DNA from: a virus
Lineage: Duplodnaviria > Caudoviricetes
Reading direction: 5' to 3' (one strand)
DNA length: 35,469 bases
Virus record (IMG/VR): IMGVR_UViG_3300016474_000374
Location: 1 to 35,469 of that record
In this document: piece after piece, positions 19,205 through 28,394 of the stretch
Layout of the letters: every line of letters starts with the position of its first letter
Position numbering within the stretch: the first letter of the stretch is position 1
Made by a program: the position numbers and the translations under genes
Notes under the pieces: generated by a model
Seen by the model: only the letters and a program-made list of their open reading frames with translations
Database searches by the model: none
What the model was told of the DNA's origin: nothing

Positions 19205-20116
19205 ATGGCTTCAGTAGCGATCAAGTTTAATGAGTCAAAAAAGCGTTGGGAAGGTGTCGTGAATGGTCGAGTCAAGTCCCACAGTACTCATCTTGATTAC
19301 GTGCAAAATAAGATGACTGCTCTTGGCTACAGCATCAGTGCTCCACAGACTTTGAATCAAGATGCAAAGCAAGCTGATGAGTTTGGCATCACCAAGCGTT
19401 TTGAGTTCGTCAAGCAAATGGTAACGATGGTCGCAAAGAAAACTGTAGCATCAGCGATTATCACTGGTCAAGGCGGTCTTGGTAAGACTCACAGTGTGCT
19501 AAAGGCACTAAAAGATTGTGGTCTACAAGATGTGACTGATCTGGCATCATTCGAAGTTGGTGCTCGTATTCAGGGTTCGCTTTCTTACAGAGTGATCAAA
19601 GGGTTCAGCACTGCTAAGGGTCTGTATCGCTCTTTGTTCGAAGGCAACGGCATGACTCTGGTCTTTGATGACTGCGACAGCGTGCTTAAGGACCCTGTAG
19701 CATTGAATCTGCTGAAGGGTGCGTTAGACTCATATGGCGAGCGCTACATTAGCTGGAATGCTGATATCAAAGACGAAGATCTTCCGCGTTCGTTCAAGTT
19801 TACTGGTAGCATTGTTTTTATCAGCAACAAAGATATGGACTCGTTGGATCAAGCAGTGCGTTCACGTGCATTGTGCGTAGACCTCAGCATGACTGAAGAG
19901 CAAAAGATCGAGCGCATGGATACTATTGTGCAAGATGCAGAGTTTATGCCCGAGTACAGTATCGACTTCAAAAGTGATGCATTAGAGTTTTTGCGTTCGA
20001 TGGCAAAGAGTGTTCAAAATCTCTCGCTTCGGTCGCTTATCAGTGTTGTCAAGATTCGTGCTGAGGGTGGTGACTGGAAACAATTGGCTAAGTATGTTCT
20101 GACTGCGGGTGCTTGA
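19205..20116 (+). CDS. P-loop (AAA-like) ATPase
   Basis: Walker A GQGGLGKT, Walker B LVFDDCD, FISN sensor and AVRSR arginine finger. Confidence 0.85.
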   Translation: MASVAIKFNESKKRWEGVVNGRVKSHSTHLDYVQNKMTALGYSISAPQTLNQDAKQADEFGITKRFEFVKQMVTMVAKKTVASAIITGQGGLGKTHSVLKALKDCGLQDVTDLASFEVGARIQGSLSYRVIKGFSTAKGLYRSLFEGNGMTLVFDDCDSVLKDPVALNLLKGALDSYGERYISWNADIKDEDLPRSFKFTGSIVFISNKDMDSLDQAVRSRALCVDLSMTEEQKIERMDTIVQDAEFMPEYSIDFKSDALEFLRSMAKSVQNLSLRSLISVVKIRAEGGDWKQLAKYVLTAGA

Positions 20117-20141
20117 CACCCCATTCTTTTTAATATATACT
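20107..20141 (+). promoter_or_regulatory. Sigma70 promoter overlapping a possible terminator hairpin
   Basis: TTGACA(20113)-17-TATACT(20136); GGGTG-CTTGA-CACCC followed by a T-rich tract. Confidence 0.7.
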
Positions 20142-20163
20142 CATGATACAGTAAAGGAACAAT

Positions 20164-20535
20164 ATGGCAGTTAGACTCCCTATTATTTTTACAAACACCA
20201 GTGTTGTAACTGCAATTGCTGGTGGTGGCGGAAGCGGCGGCAGTACCGGTGGTGGCGGAAGCGGCGGCAGTGCCGGAAAGCCAATTTCACTGGTTTCTTT
20301 GGAAAAATGCAAGTGGCAAAAAAATCTCAATCAACTTACTGTACCTTGGAATTCAAACTTCCCTAAAGAGATTACTGTTCACAATCATAAAACTGATACG
20401 CATAGACTATATACTCAGATAAGCGATACTGATCCTCGTTTTGATCAAGATCAATGGGATGGAGAACAAATGATCTATAAAACTCATGGTCCTACCAACA
20501 ATGCAGAATATCTTGTACTGTATCATTCATCATGA
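20164..20535 (+). CDS. Hypothetical protein with Gly-rich linker
   Basis: AAGGA SD; contains a GGGGSGGS duplication. Confidence 0.6.
   Translation: MAVRLPIIFTNTSVVTAIAGGGGSGGSTGGGGSGGSAGKPISLVSLEKCKWQKNLNQLTVPWNSNFPKEITVHNHKTDTHRLYTQISDTDPRFDQDQWDGEQMIYKTHGPTNNAEYLVLYHSS
20221..20271 (+). repeat. 24-bp direct repeat x2 (period 27)
   Basis: GGTGGTGGCGGAAGCGGCGGCAGT at 20221 and 20248. Confidence 0.95.
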
Positions 20536-20825
20536 GTTTCATTGAATTTTTCCTTGGTATGCTACTTGTGTATTCTATTCTTAAAGCATTGGTTAGACGA
20601 CGAGAAGAGGCATACGATCAAGGAGTATATACTAATCGTCAGTTTACCAAAACAGAAATAATTGTTGTCAAAATTGAGGAAATAAATGGTATTTACTATC
20701 TTTGGGATAAAGATAGTGAGGATTTTTTGGCGCAGGGACCAACAGTTGAAGAAGCTCTTAAAATTATGGTAGAAAGGTTTCCTGATAAAGTTTTCAGGAG
20801 TGAGAATGTTATTACACAAGCATGA
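20532..20825 (+). CDS. Hypothetical protein with N-terminal TM segment
   Basis: Hydrophobic N-terminus and FLAQG.TVEE motif. Confidence 0.65.
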   Translation: MSFIEFFLGMLLVYSILKALVRRREEAYDQGVYTNRQFTKTEIIVVKIEEINGIYYLWDKDSEDFLAQGPTVEEALKIMVERFPDKVFRSENVITQA

Positions 20826-20985
20826 ATTTCAGGTTATGGAATATTATGACCCGGAAAGGAAAAAAGTATGGAAGGTGGAACTTCAGCATAGACATTACAT
20901 AAAAGATGATTACGGTAGTACACTTAAAGATACTGGATTTATAACAGTACCAAGGGTAAGAATAGATTTATCGGAGCAGTCATGA
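20806..20985 (+). CDS. Hypothetical protein
   Basis: AGGAG SD before ATG 20806. Confidence 0.6.
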   Translation: MLLHKHEFQVMEYYDPERKKVWKVELQHRHYIKDDYGSTLKDTGFITVPRVRIDLSEQS

Positions 20986-21239
20986 GTCATTCTGAAGATA
21001 AAATTAAGAACAGTACTCGACGTCACAGAGACGATAGCGCAGTAAAGAAGCAATTAAAGATTGCAAAAACCATGGGAGTGCCCGTAGACGAACCACATAA
21101 ACTGGCTAAACATCATGCACTGGATTGCGGTCGTCCCGGATGCCCATTATGTTCAAGTCCAAGAAAAAGAGGAGAACTTACCATCCAAGAAAAAAGATTT
21201 TACCAGGATATGAAAGATGAGTATTCTAAACAAGACTGA
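20982..21239 (+). CDS. Basic hypothetical protein with Cys/His cluster
   Basis: KHHALDCGRPGCPLC. Confidence 0.65.
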   Translation: MSHSEDKIKNSTRRHRDDSAVKKQLKIAKTMGVPVDEPHKLAKHHALDCGRPGCPLCSSPRKRGELTIQEKRFYQDMKDEYSKQD

Positions 21240-21681
21240 ATCAGAAAATAGTATAGATATTACAAATGTGGGCGCCAGGGAAACCTTAACTATCACATCT
21301 TACTTAGATGATTGGAATTATGCAGATACATATGGTCAACACAATATTCAAGCATTAACTACAGAACAAATTTCTCAGCTTACTATTAATTCAATTAATA
21401 ATTTAACCACTCCAACCATAACTACGGGTCCAAATACTATTCAATATAATAGTTTAAATAATTTAAAGACTACAAAATATGTGATTGCTGGAAATATGGA
21501 GCAATACAAAGCGTTTATCAAGCGCAAAGGATTCTCGGAAACAGAATATCAATACTTATATGATGCCGACATGCTTCATGGGATGAGAAATATTCACGGA
21601 TTTTACGTTGGTTCCTGGAGGGAAAGAGAAGATATAGAAGAAATAAAACAAATGATTTATAAATGCAACCAGAGAGTCTAA
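21217..21681 (+). CDS. Hypothetical protein (C-terminal domain paralogous to 26081..26383)
   Basis: YVIAGN...HGFYVGSWRER. Confidence 0.6.
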   Translation: MSILNKTESENSIDITNVGARETLTITSYLDDWNYADTYGQHNIQALTTEQISQLTINSINNLTTPTITTGPNTIQYNSLNNLKTTKYVIAGNMEQYKAFIKRKGFSETEYQYLYDADMLHGMRNIHGFYVGSWREREDIEEIKQMIYKCNQRV

Positions 21682-21902
21682 TGAAGAAAGAAAAACAGGA
21701 CGAAAAATTAGCAAGAGAAGCAATGGATGATACTTATGAATTTATTCAAAAGATGAGTTATCAGTATGATCCAATGCTAATTGCTGCCTATATGGTAATC
21801 CAAGGATTGGGTCTTTATAAAACTATGCTATCCCCTGAAGATTATGAAGTAATGTGTGAAAAAATCTACGAAGGTAGAAATAGAATTAAAGAAATTTCTT
21901 AG
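21681..21902 (+). CDS. Hypothetical protein
   Basis: ORF starting at a TAATG overlap. Confidence 0.6.
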   Translation: MKKEKQDEKLAREAMDDTYEFIQKMSYQYDPMLIAAYMVIQGLGLYKTMLSPEDYEVMCEKIYEGRNRIKEIS

Positions 21903-21911
21903 GAGACTGAA

Positions 21912-22391
21912 TTGCCAAATTGGTGTAACAACAATCTAGAAATTCGTTCTGACAATCCCAATCTTATTCAAAAGTTTAATCTTGCTTTAGACTCAGATGG
22001 GTTATTTCAAGCATTGAAACCAAATCCTACTGGTGCATGGGATTATAGTTGGAGTGTGGAAAACTGGGGTACCAAGTGGGACATCAGAGGAGAGGATATA
22101 CAGGTAGTTCAATCTGATGATGATAGAATTATTATCGTGTTTGATACCGCCTGGGGTCCCCCTATTCAATTGTACGAGCACTTGGAAGAAGAAGGATACG
22201 AAGTAGTTGGTATGTATTACGAACCAGGTATGGCATTTTGCGGTATCTACAGTAATGGGTTTGACGAGCACTATGAGTTCGGAGACATGACTTCAGATGA
22301 GATACGAGAGGCTATCCCTGATGAACTTGATGAGTGTTTTATGATATCAGAATATGTTGAAGATTTGGAAGATGAAGAAGTAGACAACTGA
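21912..22391 (+). CDS. DUF1281/ferredoxin-like-fold phage protein
   Basis: PNWCNN, NWGTKWD, FDTAWGPP and YYEPG; TTG start with AGGAG SD. Confidence 0.8.
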   Translation: MPNWCNNNLEIRSDNPNLIQKFNLALDSDGLFQALKPNPTGAWDYSWSVENWGTKWDIRGEDIQVVQSDDDRIIIVFDTAWGPPIQLYEHLEEEGYEVVGMYYEPGMAFCGIYSNGFDEHYEFGDMTSDEIREAIPDELDECFMISEYVEDLEDEEVDN

Positions 22392-22409
22392 TACATTGTC
22401 CTATATAAT
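22381..22409 (+). promoter_or_regulatory. Sigma70-type promoter
   Basis: TAGACA-17-TATAAT(22404), with AAGGAG downstream. Confidence 0.6.
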
Positions 22410-22436
22410 TATTGTATATTGATAAGGAGCTATAGT

Positions 22437-22871
22437 ATGGGTTTAGATATGTACTTAAAGGGCAAGGTGTACTTAGACTACAATAGTCCAGAGCGCGAAG
22501 AAATTGCTGAGATGTTGGATATCAAAGGCTATGATGTGAGTAGTGTAACTGTTGAATTAGGTTACTGGCGTAAGGCAAATCACATTCACAAATGGTTTGT
22601 CGATAATGTACAAAATGGAGTTGATAACTGTAGTGAGTACCATGTTAGAAAAGAGGATCTAGAAACTCTATTACTTATCTGTAAACAAGTAATAGAAGAT
22701 AAATCTAAAGCAGCATCATTACTGCCGACTCAACAAGGATTCTTCTTTGGAGCCCAACAGTATGATGCTTGGTATTACGATGATTTAGAATCAACTGTAG
22801 AAATAATTGAGAATGCTTTAAAGTTTTACAACGAAAAAATGGTAGACATCTATTATGATTCGAGCTGGTAA
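22437..22871 (+). CDS. Conserved phage hypothetical protein (MGLDMY...YWRKAN type)
   Basis: Recognisable motifs; C-terminus YYDSSW. Confidence 0.7.
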   Translation: MGLDMYLKGKVYLDYNSPEREEIAEMLDIKGYDVSSVTVELGYWRKANHIHKWFVDNVQNGVDNCSEYHVRKEDLETLLLICKQVIEDKSKAASLLPTQQGFFFGAQQYDAWYYDDLESTVEIIENALKFYNEKMVDIYYDSSW

Positions 22872-23146
22872 TGGCACATATAATTCGTGATGGTGAGATC
22901 GTTCCTATTGCTATACCTGTAGGTAAACGTGTAAAAATTGGTTCAGCGTATATTGCTCCTTTGGAGAATCATATTGCTAATGATCAACTATGGGTACAAG
23001 ACGTATTCACATTCAAAACACTTCCATGGTACGCTATTAAAAACAGACTAGAACGTTACTTAGTTCTGTGGACACTATGGGGTGCAGCATTCTACATTCT
23101 TACTTTTATTGGTAGATATTTAGGCGCAAAGCCGGGGTGGTTCTAA
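22871..23146 (+). CDS. Hypothetical membrane protein
   Basis: C-terminal hydrophobic segment. Confidence 0.6.
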   Translation: MAHIIRDGEIVPIAIPVGKRVKIGSAYIAPLENHIANDQLWVQDVFTFKTLPWYAIKNRLERYLVLWTLWGAAFYILTFIGRYLGAKPGWF

Positions 23147-23388
23147 TGAATTTTAATCGTTTTGATTTTGAACAGCAAATGCTAGAATGCTGGGGTGTTA
23201 CCAAAGACATCAAGACAATATATGAAGGTGTTTGTGATTCTAGTCCTCCAATGACTGAAGATCAAATTGCTAATGCTTTGCTTGGACTAGAAACTTTATA
23301 TGAATTAAAGTTTAACAAACTTTGGTCTATGTTTGAGCAAGGTGTACTTCAGCAACCAATTAATAGCACAAAGGAAGAAAATGTATAA
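23146..23388 (+). CDS. Hypothetical protein
   Basis: TAATG coupled; RFDFEQQ...CW motif. Confidence 0.65.
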   Translation: MNFNRFDFEQQMLECWGVTKDIKTIYEGVCDSSPPMTEDQIANALLGLETLYELKFNKLWSMFEQGVLQQPINSTKEENV

Positions 23389-23641
23389 TTGGCGGGATAC
23401 TCCTACTATGAATTACTACTACAGAGAATCTGATGGTAGAATCATGGGTGCTGCATGGCATGCAGCACTTAATGCAAATTTTTATTCTTCAAAGATTTAT
23501 ACTGAGACTTTTCCCTTCACCAATGATTGTGAAAAGTATATTGGGCATTTCATCAATGAAGGTGATGCTAAGAGATCTATAGAAAAATATTGGTTGCAAC
23601 AATCTAATACTTTAGAATACGATGAAAATAGTAATAAATAG
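23381..23641 (+). CDS. Hypothetical protein
   Basis: AAGGA SD before ATG 23381. Confidence 0.6.
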   Translation: MYNWRDTPTMNYYYRESDGRIMGAAWHAALNANFYSSKIYTETFPFTNDCEKYIGHFINEGDAKRSIEKYWLQQSNTLEYDENSNK

Positions 23642-23948
23642 ATGCTTCGGTGGTTTTAATTTATCCGAAGAAGCTCATGCCTTTATTGCCAAGCGTAAAG
23701 GTTGGCAGCATGCTTGTGATGACTGGGACAATGATTACTGGTACAGTGAACCCGGAAAGCCAGTATATTCTAGTGATCTTAGTCGCAACGACTCTGACCT
23801 AGTAGCTGCTGTAGAAGAATTAGGTGCAGGTGCTAACGGTCGCTATGCCGAACTAAAGATAGTTAATGTGCCAGATGAAGTAGACTGGCACATTAGTGAG
23901 TATGATGGGTTAGAAGAAGTGCATGAATGCCATAGGAGTTGGTTATGA
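23622..23948 (+). CDS. Conserved phage hypothetical protein (MKIVIN.CFGGF type)
   Basis: Motifs INRCFGGFNLS and EYDGLE.V.E.HRSW. Confidence 0.75.
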   Translation: MKIVINRCFGGFNLSEEAHAFIAKRKGWQHACDDWDNDYWYSEPGKPVYSSDLSRNDSDLVAAVEELGAGANGRYAELKIVNVPDEVDWHISEYDGLEEVHECHRSWL

Positions 23949-24172
23949 ATAAGAAAACAATAGAACTTGCTAAACAAGCAGGATTTGTATTCTGGGAGGA
24001 TGAGGAATGGGGCCCTGGTTCAGAATATATTGATTGGACTACTGATTATGACAAAGAACTAGAAAAACTAGTCGAACTGGTAGTGCAGGAGTGTGCAAAA
24101 TCCGTCCAGCATATAAAAGTGTGGGATACCGATCTTGGCGAAATTATTACAGAGAAATTTTACGCAAAATGA
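23945..24172 (+). CDS. Divergent member of the MNERI...HFGVEE paralogue family
   Basis: MNKKTIELAKQAG...KLVELVVQECA. Confidence 0.65.
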   Translation: MNKKTIELAKQAGFVFWEDEEWGPGSEYIDWTTDYDKELEKLVELVVQECAKSVQHIKVWDTDLGEIITEKFYAK

Positions 24173-24996
24173 AACTAGCAATATGTTCTGATCTTCATCT
24201 TGAGTTCGGCGATATTGCCCTCAAAAATGAGGGTGCCGACGTCTTGATTCTTGGTGGTGATATTATGACTGCTCAGGAATTACATGAATTCAAAGCAAAC
24301 GATACTAAATTTGCCGATGAATTAACTAGACGAGGCATTGCAGAAAGATACAGAGAATTTTTAGCTAGGTGTAGTGCAGAATTTCCTCACGTTATCTATA
24401 TTGCTGGTAATCATGAGTTCTATCATGGTAAATATCCTGATGCTTACAATTACCTAGAAGAAGAATGTAAAGCGTTTAACAATGTATACTTCTTAGAACA
24501 GAGATCAAAACAGATTTGTGATGTGACCTTTATCGGGGCTACGCTGTGGACTGATATGAATGAAGGTGATAGAAATACTCTATTAATCGTTCAAGAGATG
24601 ATGAATGATTACAGAATCATTCGTAATAGTACTCGTAAATATGCCAGACTTACTCCCTCAGACACTGTAATTAGGCACAAAAATACTCTCAAGCATATAA
24701 AAACTGTTGTGGAGTCTGATACAAATAAAAAGTATGTGGTTGTAGGTCACCATGCTCCTAGTAAGAAAAGTGTCAAGCCAAGGTATGCAGAGGATGTAGA
24801 AATGAATGGCGCATACAGCAGCGATCTTGAGGAGTTTATATTAGCTCATCCTCAGATCAAGTTGTGGACACACGGACATACCCATGACGTATTCGATTAC
24901 AATATAGGAGATACACGCATTGTCTGTAATCCACGAGGATACATTGGCTATGAATCGCAGGCCGAAGAGTTTACTCTTAAGTATGTGGAAGTATAA
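24169..24996 (+). CDS. Calcineurin-like metallophosphoesterase
   Basis: SDLH, GD, GNHE, HH and HGHTH motifs. Confidence 0.92.
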   Translation: MKLAICSDLHLEFGDIALKNEGADVLILGGDIMTAQELHEFKANDTKFADELTRRGIAERYREFLARCSAEFPHVIYIAGNHEFYHGKYPDAYNYLEEECKAFNNVYFLEQRSKQICDVTFIGATLWTDMNEGDRNTLLIVQEMMNDYRIIRNSTRKYARLTPSDTVIRHKNTLKHIKTVVESDTNKKYVVVGHHAPSKKSVKPRYAEDVEMNGAYSSDLEEFILAHPQIKLWTHGHTHDVFDYNIGDTRIVCNPRGYIGYESQAEEFTLKYVEV

Positions 24997-25196
24997 TGAG
25001 TGCAGGATTTAACTTTAAAAGAAGGCAAAATGCTATGAGGGCTACTGTTGAAGTTCAATTCGATGAATACACTGGAGATTATTTTTTAGAATTACCTCCA
25101 GATATTCTGAAAGCTGCTAATTTAGACGTAGGCGATACCATTGTTTGGAAAAAATTAGATGATGATTCCTGGACTATTGAAAAGCAGATGAAATAA
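24996..25196 (+). CDS. AbrB/MazE/SpoVT-like DNA-binding domain protein
   Basis: LELPPDILKAANLDVGDTIVW swapped-hairpin pattern. Confidence 0.7.
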   Translation: MSAGFNFKRRQNAMRATVEVQFDEYTGDYFLELPPDILKAANLDVGDTIVWKKLDDDSWTIEKQMK

Positions 25197-25216
25197 ATAT
25201 TTCTAAAAGGAATCAG

Positions 25217-25498
25217 ATGCAAACTTTTAGAGATCATTTAGAAGAAAAACTCAAAGGATCCCACGGCAAAGCCTGCTGGAAGGGGTATCGTCGCAAAGGT
25301 GTAGACGATTGCGTAAAGGTATCAGAAAATTTTGCTGATGGACGCAATCCTCAAGATAAAGGCGATATGGCTCGGCATGGATTAAAGGGTAAAACAATTA
25401 CCCAACTCAAAGCAATACGATCATCAGATTCTGCTTCTCCAAGACAAAAACAACTTGCCCATTGGCGCATCAATATGACACAGGGTAAAAAGAAGTAA
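25217..25498 (+). CDS. Basic protein, putative internal head protein
   Basis: N-terminus MQTFRDHLEE, CWKGY...CVK and ENFADG; late-promoter-like AATAAATA at 25192. Confidence 0.55.
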   Translation: MQTFRDHLEEKLKGSHGKACWKGYRRKGVDDCVKVSENFADGRNPQDKGDMARHGLKGKTITQLKAIRSSDSASPRQKQLAHWRINMTQGKKK

Positions 25499-25568
25499 CC
25501 CTTTGGCTTGCTCGGACACTTGACACGGCATACTGCAGGTGTTATAATTATGGTATAGTGAGAGGAAC
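25496..25568 (+). promoter_or_regulatory. Early promoter element (variant)
   Basis: TAACCCTT...TTGACA(25520)CGG-17-TATAAT(25543) with extended TGn; ATAGTGA. Confidence 0.85.
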
Positions 25569-25572
25569 ATAT

Positions 25573-25779
25573 ATGATTACGATTCATGGTCTTACCCCTA
25601 CCCAACACGCAATCGCAGACAAACTCTGGACCGCAGAGTCGCCTGATGCTATCACTGCACTGATGCTAGTATTCGGCAAAGCAGAAGTAAAAGTCGTTAT
25701 GGAAATGATGACACTTGCTGCTTTAGATCAGATTGAACCAGACCTTGATGATGTTGCTAATTACTTGAGGAAGTTCTAA
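25573..25779 (+). CDS. Hypothetical early protein
   Basis: GAGGA SD; first gene after a promoter. Confidence 0.7.
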   Translation: MITIHGLTPTQHAIADKLWTAESPDAITALMLVFGKAEVKVVMEMMTLAALDQIEPDLDDVANYLRKF

Positions 25780-26079
25780 ATGAAATTCAAATACATTACT
25801 AAGAAACCTGATCGTGATCAACTATGGGGAATGTCACCAAGTCAGTTTAAGACTTTACTCAAGCGTAAAGGGTTTGAAGTTGACAGAGACTTCTTTAAGA
25901 TGGGTGCTATGGCTAAGAAAGGCAATCGGCTGTATCGCTTTCGTTACTGGGCATTCCCCGACTTCTTTGTAGATATCAGCTGTCCTCTCAATGAATTTGA
26001 TCGTTGGGCAAATAGTGTTGATCGCACTATTAATTTCTATAACTTTCTTGAGTTAGATAAAAAGCCTACTGAAGTATAG
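25780..26079 (+). CDS. Hypothetical protein
   Basis: 99 aa ORF with GAGG SD. Confidence 0.65.
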   Translation: MKFKYITKKPDRDQLWGMSPSQFKTLLKRKGFEVDRDFFKMGAMAKKGNRLYRFRYWAFPDFFVDISCPLNEFDRWANSVDRTINFYNFLELDKKPTEV

Positions 26080-26080
26080 C

Positions 26081-26383
26081 ATGGCAAATAAAATAGATAA
26101 GTATTTCATTGTATCAGGGAACCATGCCGAGTATAAAGACTGGGTCAATAAAAAACATATCTTTTATCCCGACAATAATCTACATGATTTTATCTATGTT
26201 CACAGTTTAATCGTATTCCGTGGGTATGCTAACCCCCATGGATTTTTTATCGGCACTTTTAGACATAGAGCAGACTTACATGAAATTGTACTAACCATAA
26301 TTATGTGTAGTCATGACATGAGCAATCAATCTAAAGCTAAATTAATAAACAGTATTTTACCACCAGCACAACCTGCACCATGA
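26081..26383 (+). CDS. Hypothetical protein (paralogue of the 21217 C-terminal domain)
   Basis: YFIVSGN...HGFFIGTFRHR. Confidence 0.6.
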   Translation: MANKIDKYFIVSGNHAEYKDWVNKKHIFYPDNNLHDFIYVHSLIVFRGYANPHGFFIGTFRHRADLHEIVLTIIMCSHDMSNQSKAKLINSILPPAQPAP

Positions 26384-26625
26384 GTGATTTCGCTAAACGC
26401 AGATGGGAAATAGACAGAGCCCGGAGTAAAAAGATGCAGGAGCTCATGGAAGAATATGATAAGACTGTCTATTATCCTGCCAAGAATGCCTTGATTAAAG
26501 AATGTGGTGAGATAGGCCATCGAGGCGGAAAATATCATGACAATGGATTCGGTTGGTCATGGTTCTATTGTGGCGGATGTGGGGGTCGTTACGACATAAC
26601 CGGTCCCAACGGAGAGAAAAAATGA
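26380..26625 (+). CDS. Hypothetical protein with Cys/His zinc-binding motif
   Basis: CGEIGH...CGGC. Confidence 0.65.
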   Translation: MSDFAKRRWEIDRARSKKMQELMEEYDKTVYYPAKNALIKECGEIGHRGGKYHDNGFGWSWFYCGGCGGRYDITGPNGEKK

Positions 26626-26948
26626 GTGAATATCTAGATAAGGATGGTTATCCTACTGAAGAAGCACTTGACAAGATAGAGAAATGGCATTATAATGATC
26701 CTAGAGGATGGTTCAAGTTTATTGAGAACATCTGGCATCTACGTAGTTGGGGATGGTCAGAAGGTTACTTTAAGGAAAATGAAACTGATCCAGCAGACAA
26801 ATATCAATATCACATCAGCACCGCTGGTTGGTCTGGTAATGAGGACATTATAAGGGCCATGCAAGAGAATAACATTCTTTGGTACTATACCTGGGTGCAG
26901 ACTCGCCGAGGCGGGCATTATATTTTTGAGGTGAAAGATGAAAACTAA
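26622..26948 (+). CDS. Trp-rich phage hypothetical protein
   Basis: DGYPTEE, STAGWSGNE and RGGHY. Confidence 0.7.
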   Translation: MSEYLDKDGYPTEEALDKIEKWHYNDPRGWFKFIENIWHLRSWGWSEGYFKENETDPADKYQYHISTAGWSGNEDIIRAMQENNILWYYTWVQTRRGGHYIFEVKDEN

Positions 26949-27294
26949 ACACGAAATTATTACTGCCATGTGTGTTACTTTTAGGCATGATTATGGACTA
27001 CCTAAAGAAAATTATAGAATAGAAGGTACCCATAATCCACTGTCACCTGGAATGACCAAGCAAGAGCAGGAAACTCTTTATAATACAATGCTAAAGATTT
27101 ACACTAATGCTATAGAACCGTATATGGTAATCAGGGGCGAAGCATATATTCCACAACCCGATAAAGATGCAGTACTCGAGCGAGATAAATATCATTATCA
27201 AATTCGATTCTTAGAAGAACGATTAGAAATTTCTGAAGAGCATTTAGATAAGGCTATGGATATGTTACGTAATCTAATTACTAAATTGAAATGA
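26938..27294 (+). CDS. Hypothetical protein
   Basis: GAGGTG SD, MCVTFRHDYGL and a C-terminal coiled coil. Confidence 0.65.
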   Translation: MKTKHEIITAMCVTFRHDYGLPKENYRIEGTHNPLSPGMTKQEQETLYNTMLKIYTNAIEPYMVIRGEAYIPQPDKDAVLERDKYHYQIRFLEERLEISEEHLDKAMDMLRNLITKLK

Positions 27295-27512
27295 AACATC
27301 CAAATCCTGATTGTGACCGTCATTGTAAATTTGTGTATGGATATAGCGTGACTACTGCCATGTACTATAATCCTGTCTATGACAAGCATGGTAATAATTT
27401 GAATCCAGACGGCAATATTACAAGTGGAACCATTGACTGTATAGAATGCCATAAACGATGGTCATACTCTACACAATATGATAAAACAACATTTAGTGAG
27501 GTTATAGGGTGA
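27291..27512 (+). CDS. Cys-containing hypothetical protein
   Basis: CDRHC...CIEC; ATGA overlap. Confidence 0.65.
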   Translation: MKHPNPDCDRHCKFVYGYSVTTAMYYNPVYDKHGNNLNPDGNITSGTIDCIECHKRWSYSTQYDKTTFSEVIG

Positions 27513-27730
27513 ACATTGAATCACAAGCAAGATGGTACGCAATCAAGTTAATCTTGATATACTTCAGCATCTTAGCGGCCTTATTGATTATAGGCTATAT
27601 TGATCTATTTTATTTGTTCGTTGGAGCGGGTGCGATGTTTGGTATAATGATAGCCAGTGCCATATACAGGGATGCCTACCATGATAAACTATGGGAGTTG
27701 AAGAGAAGTGACCAATCAAGAACTAATTAA
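27509..27730 (+). CDS. Two-TM membrane protein
   Basis: Two hydrophobic segments; GTGA overlap. Confidence 0.6.
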   Translation: MNIESQARWYAIKLILIYFSILAALLIIGYIDLFYLFVGAGAMFGIMIASAIYRDAYHDKLWELKRSDQSRTN

Positions 27731-27845
27731 TACCCTGCGTAAGGCTAGTGAAAGCCAAGATAACATAGCATTGAAGATGTTATTGATTATGGCTGCTGAA
27801 AGAATGGAAAGATTACATAGTGCTCTATATGGAGACAAGACATGA
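27708..27845 (+). CDS. Small hypothetical protein (45 aa, not in track)
   Basis: GTG start, TNQELINTLRKA...GDKT; ATGA overlap with the next gene. Confidence 0.55.
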   Translation: MTNQELINTLRKASESQDNIALKMLLIMAAERMERLHSALYGDKT

Positions 27846-28021
27846 ACGAACGAATTCAAGAACTTGCCGAACAGGCTCTGTTTGAATCTGATTTTGATGA
27901 TGAGCAGAATATTAAAATCACTATGGATATTTTCGCCGAGTTGATCGTTCGTGAATGTGCAAGTAAAGTGACCCGTAATGAGGCTTTGAACATTTTAGAA
28001 CATTTCGGAGTTGAAGAATGA
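27842..28021 (+). CDS. MNERI...HFGVEE family member (59 aa, not in track)
   Basis: MNERIQELAEQA...FAELIVRECA...HFGVEE. Confidence 0.85.
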   Translation: MNERIQELAEQALFESDFDDEQNIKITMDIFAELIVRECASKVTRNEALNILEHFGVEE

Positions 28022-28185
28022 AAGATGAGCGCTTAGAAATGCTAAGTGATAAGGTTCGCATGGGTGTACCTATTGACTTTAAAGAAGCGATTGAGGTTAT
28101 AGATTATCAAATGAAATTGCAACAAGAACGAAAAAACAATTCTTGGATTTACAAAGTGCGAAGATTTTTTGGATTTGAACAATGA
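28018..28185 (+). CDS. Small hypothetical protein (55 aa, not in track)
   Basis: MKDERLEML...FFGFEQ; ATGA overlaps at both ends. Confidence 0.7.
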   Translation: MKDERLEMLSDKVRMGVPIDFKEAIEVIDYQMKLQQERKNNSWIYKVRRFFGFEQ

Positions 28186-28394
28186 ACACCATTAGATTAT
28201 GTAAGCGAGAAATAGAGAGAATTAAAGAACTCTTTGATACCATTCATACCACTGGCAATGTAGGATTTGTTACTCTGACTCAACATGATGAAGAATCTGG
28301 TATTGGATATGAACTCAGAGCAACCTTTCAGATTACTCACAAAAACACCGATGGTGATTTTGTCGTCACTATCACTGACCACAGAGATTGGTAA
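28182..28394 (+). CDS. Hypothetical protein
   Basis: Coupled ORF with SGIGY motif. Confidence 0.65.
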   Translation: MNTIRLCKREIERIKELFDTIHTTGNVGFVTLTQHDEESGIGYELRATFQITHKNTDGDFVVTITDHRDW

